Source of the DNA: Nitrospirota bacterium
GTDB lineage: Bacteria; Nitrospirota; Thermodesulfovibrionia; Thermodesulfovibrionales; SM23-35
Assembly (NCBI GenBank): GCA_040753615.1
Contig: JBFMDO010000025.1
Span: 18,891-82,890 of the forward strand
DNA length: 64,000 nt
Reading direction: 5' to 3'
Both the position numbers and the translations under genes were made by a program. This document shows, in pieces, positions 28,655-36,526 of the stretch (its first letter is position 1; each line of letters opens with the position of its first letter). Under the pieces are notes generated by a model, which searched no databases, was not told the origin of the DNA, and saw nothing but the letters and a program-made list of their open reading frames with translations.

Positions 28655-29609
28655 TCAGTCTGTTAAATCTTTTAAAACCAGAACATTCCAATATCTCTAA
28701 CGAATCATGTTTTGATATCTCATCCATTAGGAGATTCAGTCCGAGAGTATCACTTGAAATGTGTCCTGCTATAATAACATTTAAATGGCTTTTTTCAGCC
28801 TCCTTGCGGTGATCTTCACTCAGGTGCATAGCTACAATTGTATTTACTCCGCTATTTGTGAGGCTTTGAAATATCTCTTTTGCGCCTTCTGTACCGCCTG
28901 TCATATCAACAAATATCTTTCCTGCCTTCCTGTCTTTTGAGCCAATGAGAATCTTCGGACCGCTGCTGTTCATCCCTGCTACTTTATATTCAGATATGCT
29001 TTTAAGGATATCGAGCACCTCAGACAAAAGATAGGGTTTTTTCTCGTCAAATAATCTCTGAAGATAGGTTGCAACCATATTATCAGCAGGTGTATGCAAA
29101 CATGCTAATGGGATGCCCACAAGCCGTGCTGCATCTACTGTCCTTGTATGATTGATGGGTAACAGTTTTCTCTCGACCTCTTTTATCCTTTTTTCCATGA
29201 GCCCCTCTGCAATATTGATCGGGACACCAAATCTGCTGAATATGTCGGGCTGCATCTGCATAACAGTATAAAGGTTTGCAATAGCCCTTCCTGAAGGATG
29301 ATGTGAAAGCAAAAGGTCTATTTGTCTGCCTTTTGATCGCAGGTTATCAGCAAGCAGGACTTCGCCTACGTCAATATCTATACCGATGAGGATATTTTTA
29401 ATCTCCTCTTCGCCTGTACCGTAAAGAATTCTTGAATCAGAATAGGGATTTTGAAGGGACTCCTCGTCAAAGAATTCCTTTTCGTCAGCCTTTAAGTTAT
29501 CAAATTCTTTTTTCCTGTTTTTCAGATCTTTTAGGACAATTTCTCTTCCACGAGGATCATTTTCGATCCCTATCTCTATAGCCTTTTTATATAGTTCTTT
29601 TAGCTTCAC
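28644..29609 (-). CDS. NIF3/DUF34-family dinuclear-metal protein (YqfO-like)
   Basis: Metal-ligand pattern SHHP, LHTPAD and AGHISSD resembles the NIF3 motifs HH / H.P.D / GH..E. Sits in the rpsU-dnaG-rpoD operon context. Confidence 0.55.
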   Translation of the reverse strand: MKLKELYKKAIEIGIENDPRGREIVLKDLKNRKKEFDNLKADEKEFFDEESLQNPYSDSRILYGTGEEEIKNILIGIDIDVGEVLLADNLRSKGRQIDLLLSHHPSGRAIANLYTVMQMQPDIFSRFGVPINIAEGLMEKRIKEVERKLLPINHTRTVDAARLVGIPLACLHTPADNMVATYLQRLFDEKKPYLLSEVLDILKSISEYKVAGMNSSGPKILIGSKDRKAGKIFVDMTGGTEGAKEIFQSLTNSGVNTIVAMHLSEDHRKEAEKSHLNVIIAGHISSDTLGLNLLMDEISKHDSLEILECSGFKRFNRLNEH

Positions 29610-30055
29610 ACCTTTTCTAAGAGATCCCTTACCCTCTGATTTACAATCTTTCCGTCAGCAGTGCCTTTTACACGGGACATAACGAGTCGCATAACTTTAC
29701 CGAGGTCTTTTATACCCTCCGCAGAAGATTCTTTTATTGCGTCAATGATTAACCTATCGAGTTCTTCTACAGTCAGTTGTTCTGGCAGGTATGACTGAAG
29801 GATTGCCAGTTCCTGTCGTTCTTTTTCTGCAAGGTCTTCCCTTCCACCCTTTGAAAACTGTTCGATTGATTCTCTTCGCTGTTTTGAGAGAGTCGAGATA
29901 ACAGAAATTATTTCCTCTTCTGACAGCTCTCCGCGCTTTTCGATCTGCCTGTTCTTCACGGCAGCCTTAACCATTCTCAAGACAGACACTTTTAAGCTAT
30001 CCGATGCCTTAATCGCTACTTTTAAATCATTATCGAAATTTTGTAGAAGGGACAC
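29606..30055 (-). CDS. yqeY: GatB/YqeY-domain protein
   Basis: LKVAIKASDSLKVSVLRMVKAAVKNRQIE...ILQSYLP pattern; 149 aa. Confidence 0.85.
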   Translation of the reverse strand: MSLLQNFDNDLKVAIKASDSLKVSVLRMVKAAVKNRQIEKRGELSEEEIISVISTLSKQRRESIEQFSKGGREDLAEKERQELAILQSYLPEQLTVEELDRLIIDAIKESSAEGIKDLGKVMRLVMSRVKGTADGKIVNQRVRDLLEKV

Positions 30056-30255
30056 TATCTTGTTATCACCAACATAGTTTTTCTGAGGGCCTTCTTACGA
30101 GCAGCAATCGCCTTTTTCTTTCTTTTTACGCTTGGTTTCTCGTAATGTTCCCTTTTCTTTATTTCTGAAAGGATTCCCTCTTTTTCACACTGTTTTTTAA
30201 ATTTTTTAAGTGCATTTTCAAAGGATTCACTTTCACGAACTCTTACATAGGGCAT
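30055..30255 (-). CDS. rpsU: 30S ribosomal protein S21
   Basis: [42 protein letters not shown]. Confidence 0.95.
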   Translation of the reverse strand: MPYVRVRESESFENALKKFKKQCEKEGILSEIKKREHYEKPSVKRKKKAIAARKKALRKTMLVITR

Positions 30256-30423
30256 TCATAATACACCCCCCTCTGTTTAAAATTGAACATAATATTATCA
30301 GTTTATGAATCTTTATGTCAATTTGCCGAATTGTCCCTGATTTACTGTGTTGAATACTGAAAAAATAGAATTTCAATAGCCTTTATACCTGCTATAATGA
30401 TATAGATTTAAGGGGAGGGACGA

Positions 30424-32151
30424 ATGAAGATAATCCTTATCTATCCTTATTTTCTTGAGGACAGACTTCAAGAAGATGATGTGTGTGTTGTGCCAATCGG
30501 ATTGTATTACGTTGGAGCAATCTTAAAGGAAAGCCAATATGACGTTGAAATATTAAACTGGCATGATATCAATAAGACACCACACAAGATAGAGGAGATG
30601 CTCAAAGAAAAAAGACCCGATGTAATAGGGTTTTCCATTGTCCATGCCAACAGATGGGGCGCGATAGATATTGCAAAAATTGCAAAACAGATTCTTCCAG
30701 AGGTGAAGATTGTATTTGGTGGGATTGGCACTACATTTTTGTGGAAACATCTGCTTGAGCACTTCGGGGAAATTGACTATGCTGTACTGGGTGAAGGGGA
30801 ATACAGCTTTCTCAGACTTATACAATGTATCGAGAAGGAAGACTATGAGAAGATTGATGAGATTAAAGGAATTGCATTCCACAGAGGAGGAAGGGCTATA
30901 AAAACGAATGATGCTGAAGTTGTTCAGGATCTTGACCATCTGCCCATGCCCTCAAAGTATTTCGAATTTCAGCACCTGATATTTTCCCGCGGTTGTCCTG
31001 CAAATTGTACCTTTTGCGGGTCACCAAAATTTTGGGGGCGTAAAGTTCGATTCCATTCGCCAGAATACTTTGTAGAGCAGATGGAGCATCTCTACTGCAA
31101 GGGCATTAATTTTTTCTATGTCTCGGATGATACCTTCACTATGAGAAAAGATTATGTAATCAGCATCTGTAAAAAGATTATCGAAAAGAACCTAAGAATA
31201 AACTGGTTTGCTATCTCACGGGTAAATTATGTAGATGAGGAGGTGATCTACTGGATGAGGAGGGCAGGCTGTATTCAGATTAGCTATGGGGTGGAAAGCG
31301 GATCAGGGAAGATCAGGGAGGTGCTGAACAAAAATATTAAGACTGACGATATAAAAAGGGCATTTGCCTTGACCACTATGTACGGTATCCTTCCTCGTGC
31401 TTATTTTATCTATGGATCACCCGGAGAAAACTGGAAGACCATTCGGGAGACAATAGATTTGATATGCGAGATCAAGCCTCTGAGCGTGATCTTTTATATT
31501 CTCGATATATTTCCCGGGACAGCCCTGTATGAAGACTTTCAGCAGAGGACAAAACTGGGCGATGATATCTGGTTGAAAAGGGTCGAAGATATCATGTATT
31601 TTGAGACAGATACTAACTTGTCCAAGAGTATGATCCTATCATTCGGTCAAAAACTCAGGGCAGAATATTACCGCCATCTCCCTGAGTTTGCAGATGCAAT
31701 CAAACTCATTGATCAAAAAGATCTCTACGAAAGCCATGCTGATTTTCTATCAAGGCTTGCTATGACATTCAGCCACGGCGATTATGCTGCAATCGAATCT
31801 ATACCTGAAAAAGCAGAAACCGCTCAAAGACTATACGCAAGATCATTGTCATATTATCCCAACCAGAGGGCTTATCTGGGATTAGGAATCATAAAGCAAA
31901 AACAAGGAAGATATGAGGAATCTATACAGGTACTCTCAGAGGGAATAAAATATTTTCCTGAAAGCGAGTCTTTAGCCATATGTCTGGGCATAAGTTATAT
32001 GAACATAGGCCAATATGGGGAGGCACTGAAATGCCTTCTCAAATTTACGAATTCACCAGAGGCACTTAAGTACACTGCTGCCTGTTATGGTGCACTGGGT
32101 GATTCTGAAAACGAATCATCTGTGCTCAGAAGATTAAAAGAACTAAATTAA
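30424..32151 (+). CDS. B12-binding-domain radical SAM protein with C-terminal TPR repeats
   Basis: N-terminal Rossmann-like B12-binding region, CxxxCxxC (RGCPANCTFCGS) and ~130 aa of TPR-like repeats at the C-terminus. Confidence 0.8.
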   Translation: MKIILIYPYFLEDRLQEDDVCVVPIGLYYVGAILKESQYDVEILNWHDINKTPHKIEEMLKEKRPDVIGFSIVHANRWGAIDIAKIAKQILPEVKIVFGGIGTTFLWKHLLEHFGEIDYAVLGEGEYSFLRLIQCIEKEDYEKIDEIKGIAFHRGGRAIKTNDAEVVQDLDHLPMPSKYFEFQHLIFSRGCPANCTFCGSPKFWGRKVRFHSPEYFVEQMEHLYCKGINFFYVSDDTFTMRKDYVISICKKIIEKNLRINWFAISRVNYVDEEVIYWMRRAGCIQISYGVESGSGKIREVLNKNIKTDDIKRAFALTTMYGILPRAYFIYGSPGENWKTIRETIDLICEIKPLSVIFYILDIFPGTALYEDFQQRTKLGDDIWLKRVEDIMYFETDTNLSKSMILSFGQKLRAEYYRHLPEFADAIKLIDQKDLYESHADFLSRLAMTFSHGDYAAIESIPEKAETAQRLYARSLSYYPNQRAYLGLGIIKQKQGRYEESIQVLSEGIKYFPESESLAICLGISYMNIGQYGEALKCLLKFTNSPEALKYTAACYGALGDSENESSVLRRLKELN

Positions 32152-32266
32152 CAAACTGGTTTTGCCCCCTCAATTTGATTTTTTTTAACTTTTTAAGCCA
32201 TTGCTTCAATATTGTACATACTGTGATAATATATTCTTATCAATCTTGTTTTTTGGAGGTGATCAA

Positions 32267-32497
32267 GTGAAGTTCACAAGAATTACGGTCAATCCCAAAC
32301 AAATGGGAGGGGTGCCTTGTATTCGTGGATTACGCATACCTGTTGCAACAGTAGTAGGCATGGTTGCTGATGGTATGACCGATAAGGAGATTCTAAAAGT
32401 TTTTCCTGATTTGGAGCGAGAAGATGTTCACGAAGCACTACAATATGCAGATGAAGCAGTTCGAGAACGCGAGCTTCCATTGGTAACAACCAAGTGA
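32267..32497 (+). CDS. DUF433-family antitoxin-like protein
   Basis: [51 protein letters not shown] start behind GGAGGTGA. GTGA overlap with the next gene. Confidence 0.75.
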   Translation: MKFTRITVNPKQMGGVPCIRGLRIPVATVVGMVADGMTDKEILKVFPDLEREDVHEALQYADEAVRERELPLVTTK

Positions 32498-32878
32498 AGT
32501 TTCTTATAGATAACTCATTATCACCCATAGTTGCCGAAAGTTTGCGAAAAGTAGGGTATGATGCTGTTCATGTACGAGATTACAAAATGCAAAAGGCAGA
32601 TGATGAAGAAATCTTTGCCAAAGCCTCTGCAGAAGAACGCATCATCGTATCAGAAGAATACTGATTTTGCTACATTGCTGGCGATTAGAGGAGAAAGCAA
32701 GCCTTCTGTTATTTTTTTTCGACGGGGTACGGAGCGACGTCCTGAGAAACAATTAATGATCCTTCTCTCAAACCTACCAGCCATCAAAGAATCATTGGAA
32801 CAAGGAAGTGTGATTGTATTTGAACAGACGCGCATACGCATTCGCCAATTACCAATTGGTGGTGAAAGAAATATATAG
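32494..32878 (+). pseudogene. DUF5615 (PIN/Mut7-C-like) toxin-type gene disrupted by a +1 frameshift
   Basis: Frame 1 reads [11 protein letters not shown]...ERIIVSEEY* (stop 32662-32664). Frame 2 continues [24 protein letters not shown]...IRQLPIG. Removing one A in gaagaa (~32654-32659) restores ..[11 protein letters not shown].. Confidence 0.7.
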
Positions 32879-32947
32879 TCTTAACCTCCGAGATTCGCAT
32901 GAGAATTCTGGTGATTTACTCTTACCCCTACGCTTTATGCTTTACGT

Positions 32948-33005
32948 CCTGATCGCTGATAGTTTGTAGCTTGATAGATTGTCAGCTGATTGCCGATTGC
33001 TGATT
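32948..33005. repeat. degenerate heptanucleotide tandem repeat (GCTGATT-like), intergenic
   Basis: cctgatc gctgata gtttgta gcttgat ... gctgatt gccgatt gctgatt, with one 2-nt phase slip. Confidence 0.55.
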
Positions 33006-33178
33006 TTTGTATTATATTACACCATCCTCATCTCTGTTCTCATGACCCCATTTCTTTCCCTCTGAACTCCAGAATTCTCTTGTCCCTCAGAATTTGTAAC
33101 TGCTGTCGGATTTTAGGGCGGATATGTTTATTGTTATGTTATAATTTATTTCAGGAACAGACTTCAGAAGGAGGATAT

Positions 33179-33415
33179 ATGCCGATAGCATTAAAGAGCG
33201 AAGGCGAACTTATAAAGGTCAAACAGTATTTAACAGATAAAAGAGGTCATAAGGTAGCTGCTGTTATTGCTATGGATGAGCTCGACAGATTAGAAACCCT
33301 TCTGGAAACTATTCCACCTTCCGAAAGATGGGTTTATAAAAACAAGGAGGCTCTAAAAAGCCTTCACAAGGGACTTAAAGACGCCTCTGAAGGAATGATT
33401 AGTGCCGTCCAGTAA
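33179..33415 (+). CDS. small Phd/YefM-like antitoxin-type protein with no partner toxin
   Basis: ATG behind GAAGGAGG. ..VAAVIAMDELDRLETLLETI.. resembles the Phd/YefM core. Its 3' end overlaps the convergent NERD gene by 17 nt. Confidence 0.4.
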   Translation: MPIALKSEGELIKVKQYLTDKRGHKVAAVIAMDELDRLETLLETIPPSERWVYKNKEALKSLHKGLKDASEGMISAVQ

Positions 33416-34316
33416 ATGCTTTCTGGCAATCGAAGCAATATGCTTTTCCTCCAAACCTATGTTTGTTGTCCCAGCAAAAGCGTGCAACTTTTTCTGTAAT
33501 AGTTATCTTGCATTTGCTGCAATAGAATCTCTTTGCCTCATAAGTCTCAGGTGCTTGCGAGGAAATTTGTTTTGGCGATGGAGTAGCTCTAATGCTAAAT
33601 CGGTTTCTATAATCAATTTTCATCGGTTTATGGAAAGAAGCAATATCCTCAGCGATTTCTTTTAGTGTTTCGGATGATGAAATCTTACTGGCTGAAGCAA
33701 GAAGAGATAAGGGCTTCATAGCCTCAATTGCTTTTTCAATCGAGGTAGTGAGCATATCTGCCTTTATTACCATACTGGTATCAAAGTTGCTCTTTCGTGG
33801 ACGGATAAGCCTAGATTTAGGAGCTACCAATACATAACTTTTAAAGGCAGGCATAATTGTTAAACCAAGCCGCTTTGGCATGATATCGAAGTCTTTAATA
33901 ACACTTTCAATTACAACGATATGTCGTTTATTCTGTTCTATTGGCGATTCGATAGCGAAAAAGCTGTTGTTGAATTGGACAAGAAACTCACCGTTGTCAG
34001 TGATTTTGACGCCATAACAAAAGTTTTTGCTTTCTAAAACGAATATATTAAAAAAGCGATTGATAAGCAGATGATCAATCTGTGCAACTCTGTCATTATG
34101 CTCAAGCCTCAGATCGTGAATTATCGCCCAGTTCTTCGACGCAGCATAATAAAAATTGATGAAGTATGCAGAATCATTTTCACCACGATCTCCAGATTTG
34201 AGAAAACGTAATTCACGTTCAATTAAGAATTTTTTATTGTCGGGAAGAGGCAGAGACAGTAGCGAGGTTAATTCATCGATTTCTGCTTGTTTTGAGTCTT
34301 TTTCTTTGATAATCAT
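33399..34316 (-). CDS. NERD-domain protein with C-terminal zinc ribbon
   Basis: N-terminal NERD pattern (GENDSAYFINF...IIHDLRLEHNDRVAQIDHLLINRFFNIFVLESKNF). C-terminal CSKC...CFDC. Confidence 0.7.
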   Translation of the reverse strand: MIIKEKDSKQAEIDELTSLLSLPLPDNKKFLIERELRFLKSGDRGENDSAYFINFYYAASKNWAIIHDLRLEHNDRVAQIDHLLINRFFNIFVLESKNFCYGVKITDNGEFLVQFNNSFFAIESPIEQNKRHIVVIESVIKDFDIMPKRLGLTIMPAFKSYVLVAPKSRLIRPRKSNFDTSMVIKADMLTTSIEKAIEAMKPLSLLASASKISSSETLKEIAEDIASFHKPMKIDYRNRFSIRATPSPKQISSQAPETYEAKRFYCSKCKITITEKVARFCWDNKHRFGGKAYCFDCQKAFTGRH

Positions 34317-34515
34317 AGGTGTATTTTACACCAGATTTATCTGATAGATATACTGTCTTTAAATTTTATAGATCATGCCAGAGGCAAGTCCATAGTCACG
34401 GATTGGGCCACTTGGAAATCAGGAAATACGGCTAAAGCACAAGTAAAACAAAGCAATAGCAGCAGAAAAAAAAATTTGTTAAACTAAAGTCAAGAAACGA
34501 TAAGGAGTTATCAGG

Positions 34516-34716
34516 ATGAGTAAAGTAGAAGAAATTGAAAAGGAAGTCCAGGGATTGAAGCCTGATGAACTTCAGGCTTTTCGGAAATGGTTCTGGGAGT
34601 TCGACGCGCAAGAATGGGATCGTCAGTTCGAAAAAGATGCTTTATCAGGAAAGCTTGACTCACTGGCCGAGACAGCTATCAAAGCGTTTAAGTCTGGTCA
34701 GTGCTCTGAAATTTGA
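34516..34716 (+). CDS. small antitoxin-like protein (addiction-module component type)
   Basis: 66 aa: LKPDELQAFRKWFWEFDAQEWDRQFEKDALSGKLDSLAE. ATGA overlap with the downstream toxin-like gene. Confidence 0.5.
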   Translation: MSKVEEIEKEVQGLKPDELQAFRKWFWEFDAQEWDRQFEKDALSGKLDSLAETAIKAFKSGQCSEI

Positions 34717-34967
34717 AACATTTTGCATCGCCGGAGTTTTGGGGACTCTATAAGGCACTGCCGCAGTCTATTCAAGACCTTGCAGATAAATGTTATACGT
34801 TATTAAAAAATGACCCTCATCATCCATCTCTACACTTGAAGAAGGCTGGCCGTTTCTGGTCTGTCCGAGTTGGCTTGCATTATCGTGCGGTTGCTGTTGA
34901 GGTTCCCGATGGGCTGCTTTGGTTTTGGATCGGCAGCCATGAAGAATATAATAAACTGATGGGTTAA
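34713..34967 (+). CDS. RelE/ParE-superfamily toxin-like protein
   Basis: 84 aa with HPSLHLKKAGRFWSVRVGLHYRAVAVEV..LWFWIGSHEEYNKL, the typical size and C-terminal signature. Confidence 0.55.
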   Translation: MKHFASPEFWGLYKALPQSIQDLADKCYTLLKNDPHHPSLHLKKAGRFWSVRVGLHYRAVAVEVPDGLLWFWIGSHEEYNKLMG

Positions 34968-35261
34968 CAAAAAATCTGGAAAGATGTAAAGGGACAGAGT
35001 ATACTTGGAGAGGATGGATTTATTGAAAGATTTTTAAAACGTGTAAAAGGATATGAAGAAATAAAGGAGATACCAAAGAGCCAGAGATATATAGGAAGAC
35101 CTGCACTTAAGGAACTACTGAAAGGTATAAAAAGGAGAAAAGAGATAAACAGAAAGGCAAAAGAGGCTGTAGGGAGATATGGATACAGCCAGAAAGAGGT
35201 TGCTGACTATCTTGGGATACATTACTCAACAGTAAGCAGGATGGTGAATAAGGGAAGATGA
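34968..35261 (+). pseudogene. remnant of a transposase-like gene: C-terminal HTH part only, no start codon
   Basis: An in-frame stretch begins directly after the toxin stop: ..ILGEDGFIERFLKRV..IPKSQRYIGRPALKELL..GYSQKEVADYLGIHYSTVSRMVNKGR*. It resembles the C-terminal DnaA-C-like HTH tail of Y1/REP-associated transposases. The catalytic N-domain is absent. Confidence 0.45.
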
Positions 35262-35265
35262 GTTT

Positions 35266-35967
35266 ATGCAAGAAACAAGACTTGACCCCCATGACATGAC
35301 CATAGGACAAATTAGCGTGAATGAAGGAAATGTCACGTTTCGGGGATACCGAGACAATGATTACTTAGATTGTGAAACTCTTGTCGACAATGCGTGGGGC
35401 TTTGAAAAACACTTTCACCCATACGATTTGGCAGTCCTCGGCAAATACCTATACACAATGGGATCTGTTGCCATGAGCAACTATCGTGTAGTCGCCGAGC
35501 ACGATGGCAAAGTTGTTGGTTTTATATTCGGGTACAACGAACGAATTCCATTGCCTAAACACGAGTTGAGAAAGTTGTCGTCAAGGCTGGCAATATTAAA
35601 GCGGCTTATCTTCATGAAAGGTATGGCATTTCGAGAGAAGCTCGATTTACGGAATGCTATGGGTACTCATGAGAAAAATAGAACCACGCTGCTTAAACGT
35701 GGAAAAAGCGAAATCATTCTTTTTGTAGTACATCCCACATTCCAGGGACGAGGCATTGGAAAGAAGCTTTTCGAAGGATTTCGTATCTTCTGTGAAAAAG
35801 CCAACGTGGGGTCCATCGTCGTGGAGACCAATAAATTGGGTGCGGCCAGTTTCTATGAGCGCATCGGATTCAGACTAATAGGAGACTTTGATTCGCCTCT
35901 CCATAACTACGTCATAAAGAATGGGCAAGCTTGTCTGTATGAATATGTGTTGCAGATCGAAAGATAA
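35266..35967 (+). CDS. GNAT-family N-acetyltransferase
   Basis: Acetyl-CoA motif VHPTFQGRGIGKKLFE and the ..AASFYERIGF.. block. Composition looks more GC-rich than its neighbours by eye (not computed). Confidence 0.8.
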   Translation: MQETRLDPHDMTIGQISVNEGNVTFRGYRDNDYLDCETLVDNAWGFEKHFHPYDLAVLGKYLYTMGSVAMSNYRVVAEHDGKVVGFIFGYNERIPLPKHELRKLSSRLAILKRLIFMKGMAFREKLDLRNAMGTHEKNRTTLLKRGKSEIILFVVHPTFQGRGIGKKLFEGFRIFCEKANVGSIVVETNKLGAASFYERIGFRLIGDFDSPLHNYVIKNGQACLYEYVLQIER

Positions 35968-36042
35968 CAACGCGTTCAACACCGACTCGCAAAAGCGGTG
36001 CAAATCGCCGTTTTTGCTCGCGGGTTAACGCGAACGTTATCA
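35962..36042 (+). other. attC-like imperfect hairpin directly after the GNAT gene (hypothesis)
   Basis: GATAAC-AA-CGCGTT-C-AAC..GCAAAAGCGG / CGCCGTTTTTGC..GTTAAC-GCG-AAC-GTTATC. Outer boxes GATAAC/GTTATC; inner GTT(C)AAC/GTTAAC with one unpaired base. The R' box deviates from GTTRRRY. Confidence 0.3.
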
Positions 36043-36146
36043 ACATTTCACTCGTTAATCCTTATTTTTCAACTTTCTAAAGGCTATTTCTTCAAAATTT
36101 ATGACAGGAAGCAAAAGAACTAAATCATAGGTTCAATTAAATATAA

Positions 36147-36230
36147 ATACCCTGTAAATGTCTTAACTGTTAAATTCCTTAGGTAATACAAATAAATTTA
36201 TTTAACCAGTTAAGTCTTTTACAGGGTTAT
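36147..36230. repeat. 84-bp inverted repeat (~28-bp arms)
   Basis: ATACCCTGTAAATGTCTTAACTGTTAAA ... TTTAACCAGTTAAGTCTTTTACAGGGTTAT; about 25 of 28 positions are complementary. Confidence 0.6.
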
Positions 36231-36279
36231 GATGATAAGTATAAGTATCAGGGGACTGTTACAATTTTGCTACAATCGA

Positions 36280-36315
36280 ACGAAAATGAAAAAGGGTTGC
36301 TCACCGCAACCCTTT
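36280..36315 (-). terminator. rho-independent terminator after tRNA-Glu
   Basis: Minus strand: AAAGGGTTGC-ggtga-GCAACCCTTT followed by TTCATTTTCG. Confidence 0.65.
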
Positions 36316-36323
36316 GATTTTTC

Positions 36324-36401
36324 TGGCGTCCCCAACGGGATTTGAACCCGTGTTACCGCCTTGAAAGGGCGATGTCCTAGGCCGGACTAGACGATGGGGA
36401 C
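36324..36401 (-). tRNA. tRNA-Glu (TTC)
   Basis: GTCCCCATCGTCTAGTCCGGCCTAGGACATCGCCCTTTCAAGGCGGTAACACGGGTTCAAATCCCGTTGGGGACGCCA. Anticodon loop CTTTCAA; close to the E. coli tRNA-Glu pattern. Confidence 0.9.
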
Positions 36402-36406
36402 GCTTA

Positions 36407-36482
36407 TGGTGAGCCGCGTTGGATTCGAACCAACGACCCACGCCTTAAAAGGGCGTTGCTCTACCAGCTGAGCTAGCGGCCC
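36407..36482 (-). tRNA. tRNA-Lys (TTT)
   Basis: GGGCCGCTAGCTCAGCTGGTAGAGCAACGCCCTTTTAAGGCGTGGGTCGTTGGTTCGAATCCAACGCGGCTCACCA. Anticodon loop CTTTTAA. Confidence 0.9.
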
Positions 36483-36526
36483 GAAAGGTCTTTTAATTTA
36501 ACTTTTAAGGAGTTTTCTTGTCAAAT

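Noticed and set aside
32161-32178. Possible direct repeat of the tRNA-Glu 3' end marking the left islet boundary
   Set aside because: The match to the tRNA 3' end is only patchy and needs a 3-nt gap. It is too weak to call an att site without comparison genomes.
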